NCBI RefSeq assembly: GCF_001949145.1
Contig: NW_019091356.1
Location: 3,702,934 to 3,766,933 of the forward strand
Length of the DNA stretch: 64,000 nt
Origin: Acanthaster planci
Lineage: Eukaryota
Direction: 5' to 3'
The translations under genes were made by a program, and so were the position numbers. Under the pieces are notes generated by a model. The model was not told where the DNA came from. It did no database searches and was given only the letters and a program-made list of their open reading frames with translations. Below, piece by piece: positions 63,901-64,000 of this stretch. Each line of letters opens with the position of its first letter. Positions within the stretch are counted from its first letter, which is position 1.

Positions 63901-64000
63901 TGTTGCACTTTTTGTTTGTCTCTTTACAGATTCGAAACATGCAAAACAACAAATGCCTGGACACCATGATGAAGGAAAGCGGCCACAAAGTGGGCCTGTT
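51717..64000 (+). CDS. GALNT1: Polypeptide N-acetylgalactosaminyltransferase, GALNT1/GALNT13-like (GT27), 3' truncated by window end
   Basis: Exons 51717-51930, 54798-54969, 59453-59619, 60705-60912, 61605-61775, 62219-62336, 62871-63188, 63930-64000+. Type [54 protein letters not shown] (DxH) metal site, [26 protein letters not shown], start of ricin domain (NKCLDTM). Confidence 0.93.
54798..54969 (+). CDS. GALNT1: GALNT coding exon 2
   Basis: [11 protein letters not shown]...[24 protein letters not shown]. Confidence 0.9.
55520..55980. mobile_element. Decayed MITE
   Basis: Imperfect TIRs AGGACAAAGAAAGATTAGCTGTGTTTCC / GGAAACAACTATTTTTTTTGTTTGGCC with internal CCGACC motifs. Confidence 0.5.
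59453..59619 (+). CDS. GALNT1: GALNT coding exon 3
   Basis: [30 protein letters not shown]...ILVDDAS. Confidence 0.95.
60705..60912 (+). CDS. GALNT1: GALNT coding exon 4
   Basis: [12 protein letters not shown]...[22 protein letters not shown]. Confidence 0.95.
61605..61775 (+). CDS. GALNT1: GALNT coding exon 5
   Basis: [15 protein letters not shown]...[11 protein letters not shown]. Confidence 0.95.
62219..62336 (+). CDS. GALNT1: GALNT coding exon 6
   Basis: [39 protein letters not shown]. Confidence 0.96.
62871..63188 (+). CDS. GALNT1: GALNT coding exon 7
   Basis: [22 protein letters not shown]...[11 protein letters not shown]...[14 protein letters not shown]. Confidence 0.96.
63149..63513. 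repeat. 112-bp tandem repeat x ~3.2 spanning the GALNT exon 7 end and donor site
   Basis: GGATT(A/G)CAA anchors at 63167, 63279, 63391 and 63503; each full unit has AG|GTAGGTGG and GGATTCGAACC. Confidence 0.92.
63930..64000 (+). CDS. GALNT1: GALNT coding exon 8 (ricin lectin start, truncated)
   Basis: [23 protein letters not shown]. Confidence 0.88.
   Translation, partial: MRNMQNNKCLDTMMKESGHKVGL

Overview
Eukaryotic (animal, probably marine invertebrate) genomic DNA. Most ORFs in the supplied track are noise because the real genes are spliced. Two intron-rich genes lie in tandem on the + strand. (1) A formin of the FMNL/FRL subfamily (GBD/FH3 - Gly/Pro linker - FH1 - FH2 - DAD). I traced 25 coding exons from 31954 to the stop at 45600 by hand; all introns are GT-AG with consistent phases. 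A likely myristoylated first exon at 21339-21563 would give about 1058 aa. (2) The 5' part of a GALNT1/GALNT13-like polypeptide N-acetylgalactosaminyltransferase, with 8 coding exons from 51717 running off the window end in the ricin-lectin domain. The first ~21 kb has no recognisable gene and is probably FMNL upstream or first-intron sequence; it includes a 331-nt assembly gap. Introns and intergenic DNA carry tRNA-derived SINEs, many short terminal-inverted-repeat (TIR) elements (piggyBac-, hAT- and Mutator-like MITEs), fold-back palindromes and minisatellites. I found no convincing new multi-gene system. The best leads are: tandem duplication of exon ends and splice donors in both genes, an in-frame Arg-rich N-terminal extension plus uORF for the GALNT, an atypical FMNL first exon, a degenerate hammerhead-like motif, and FMNL-GALNT linkage recalling human FMNL2-GALNT13.
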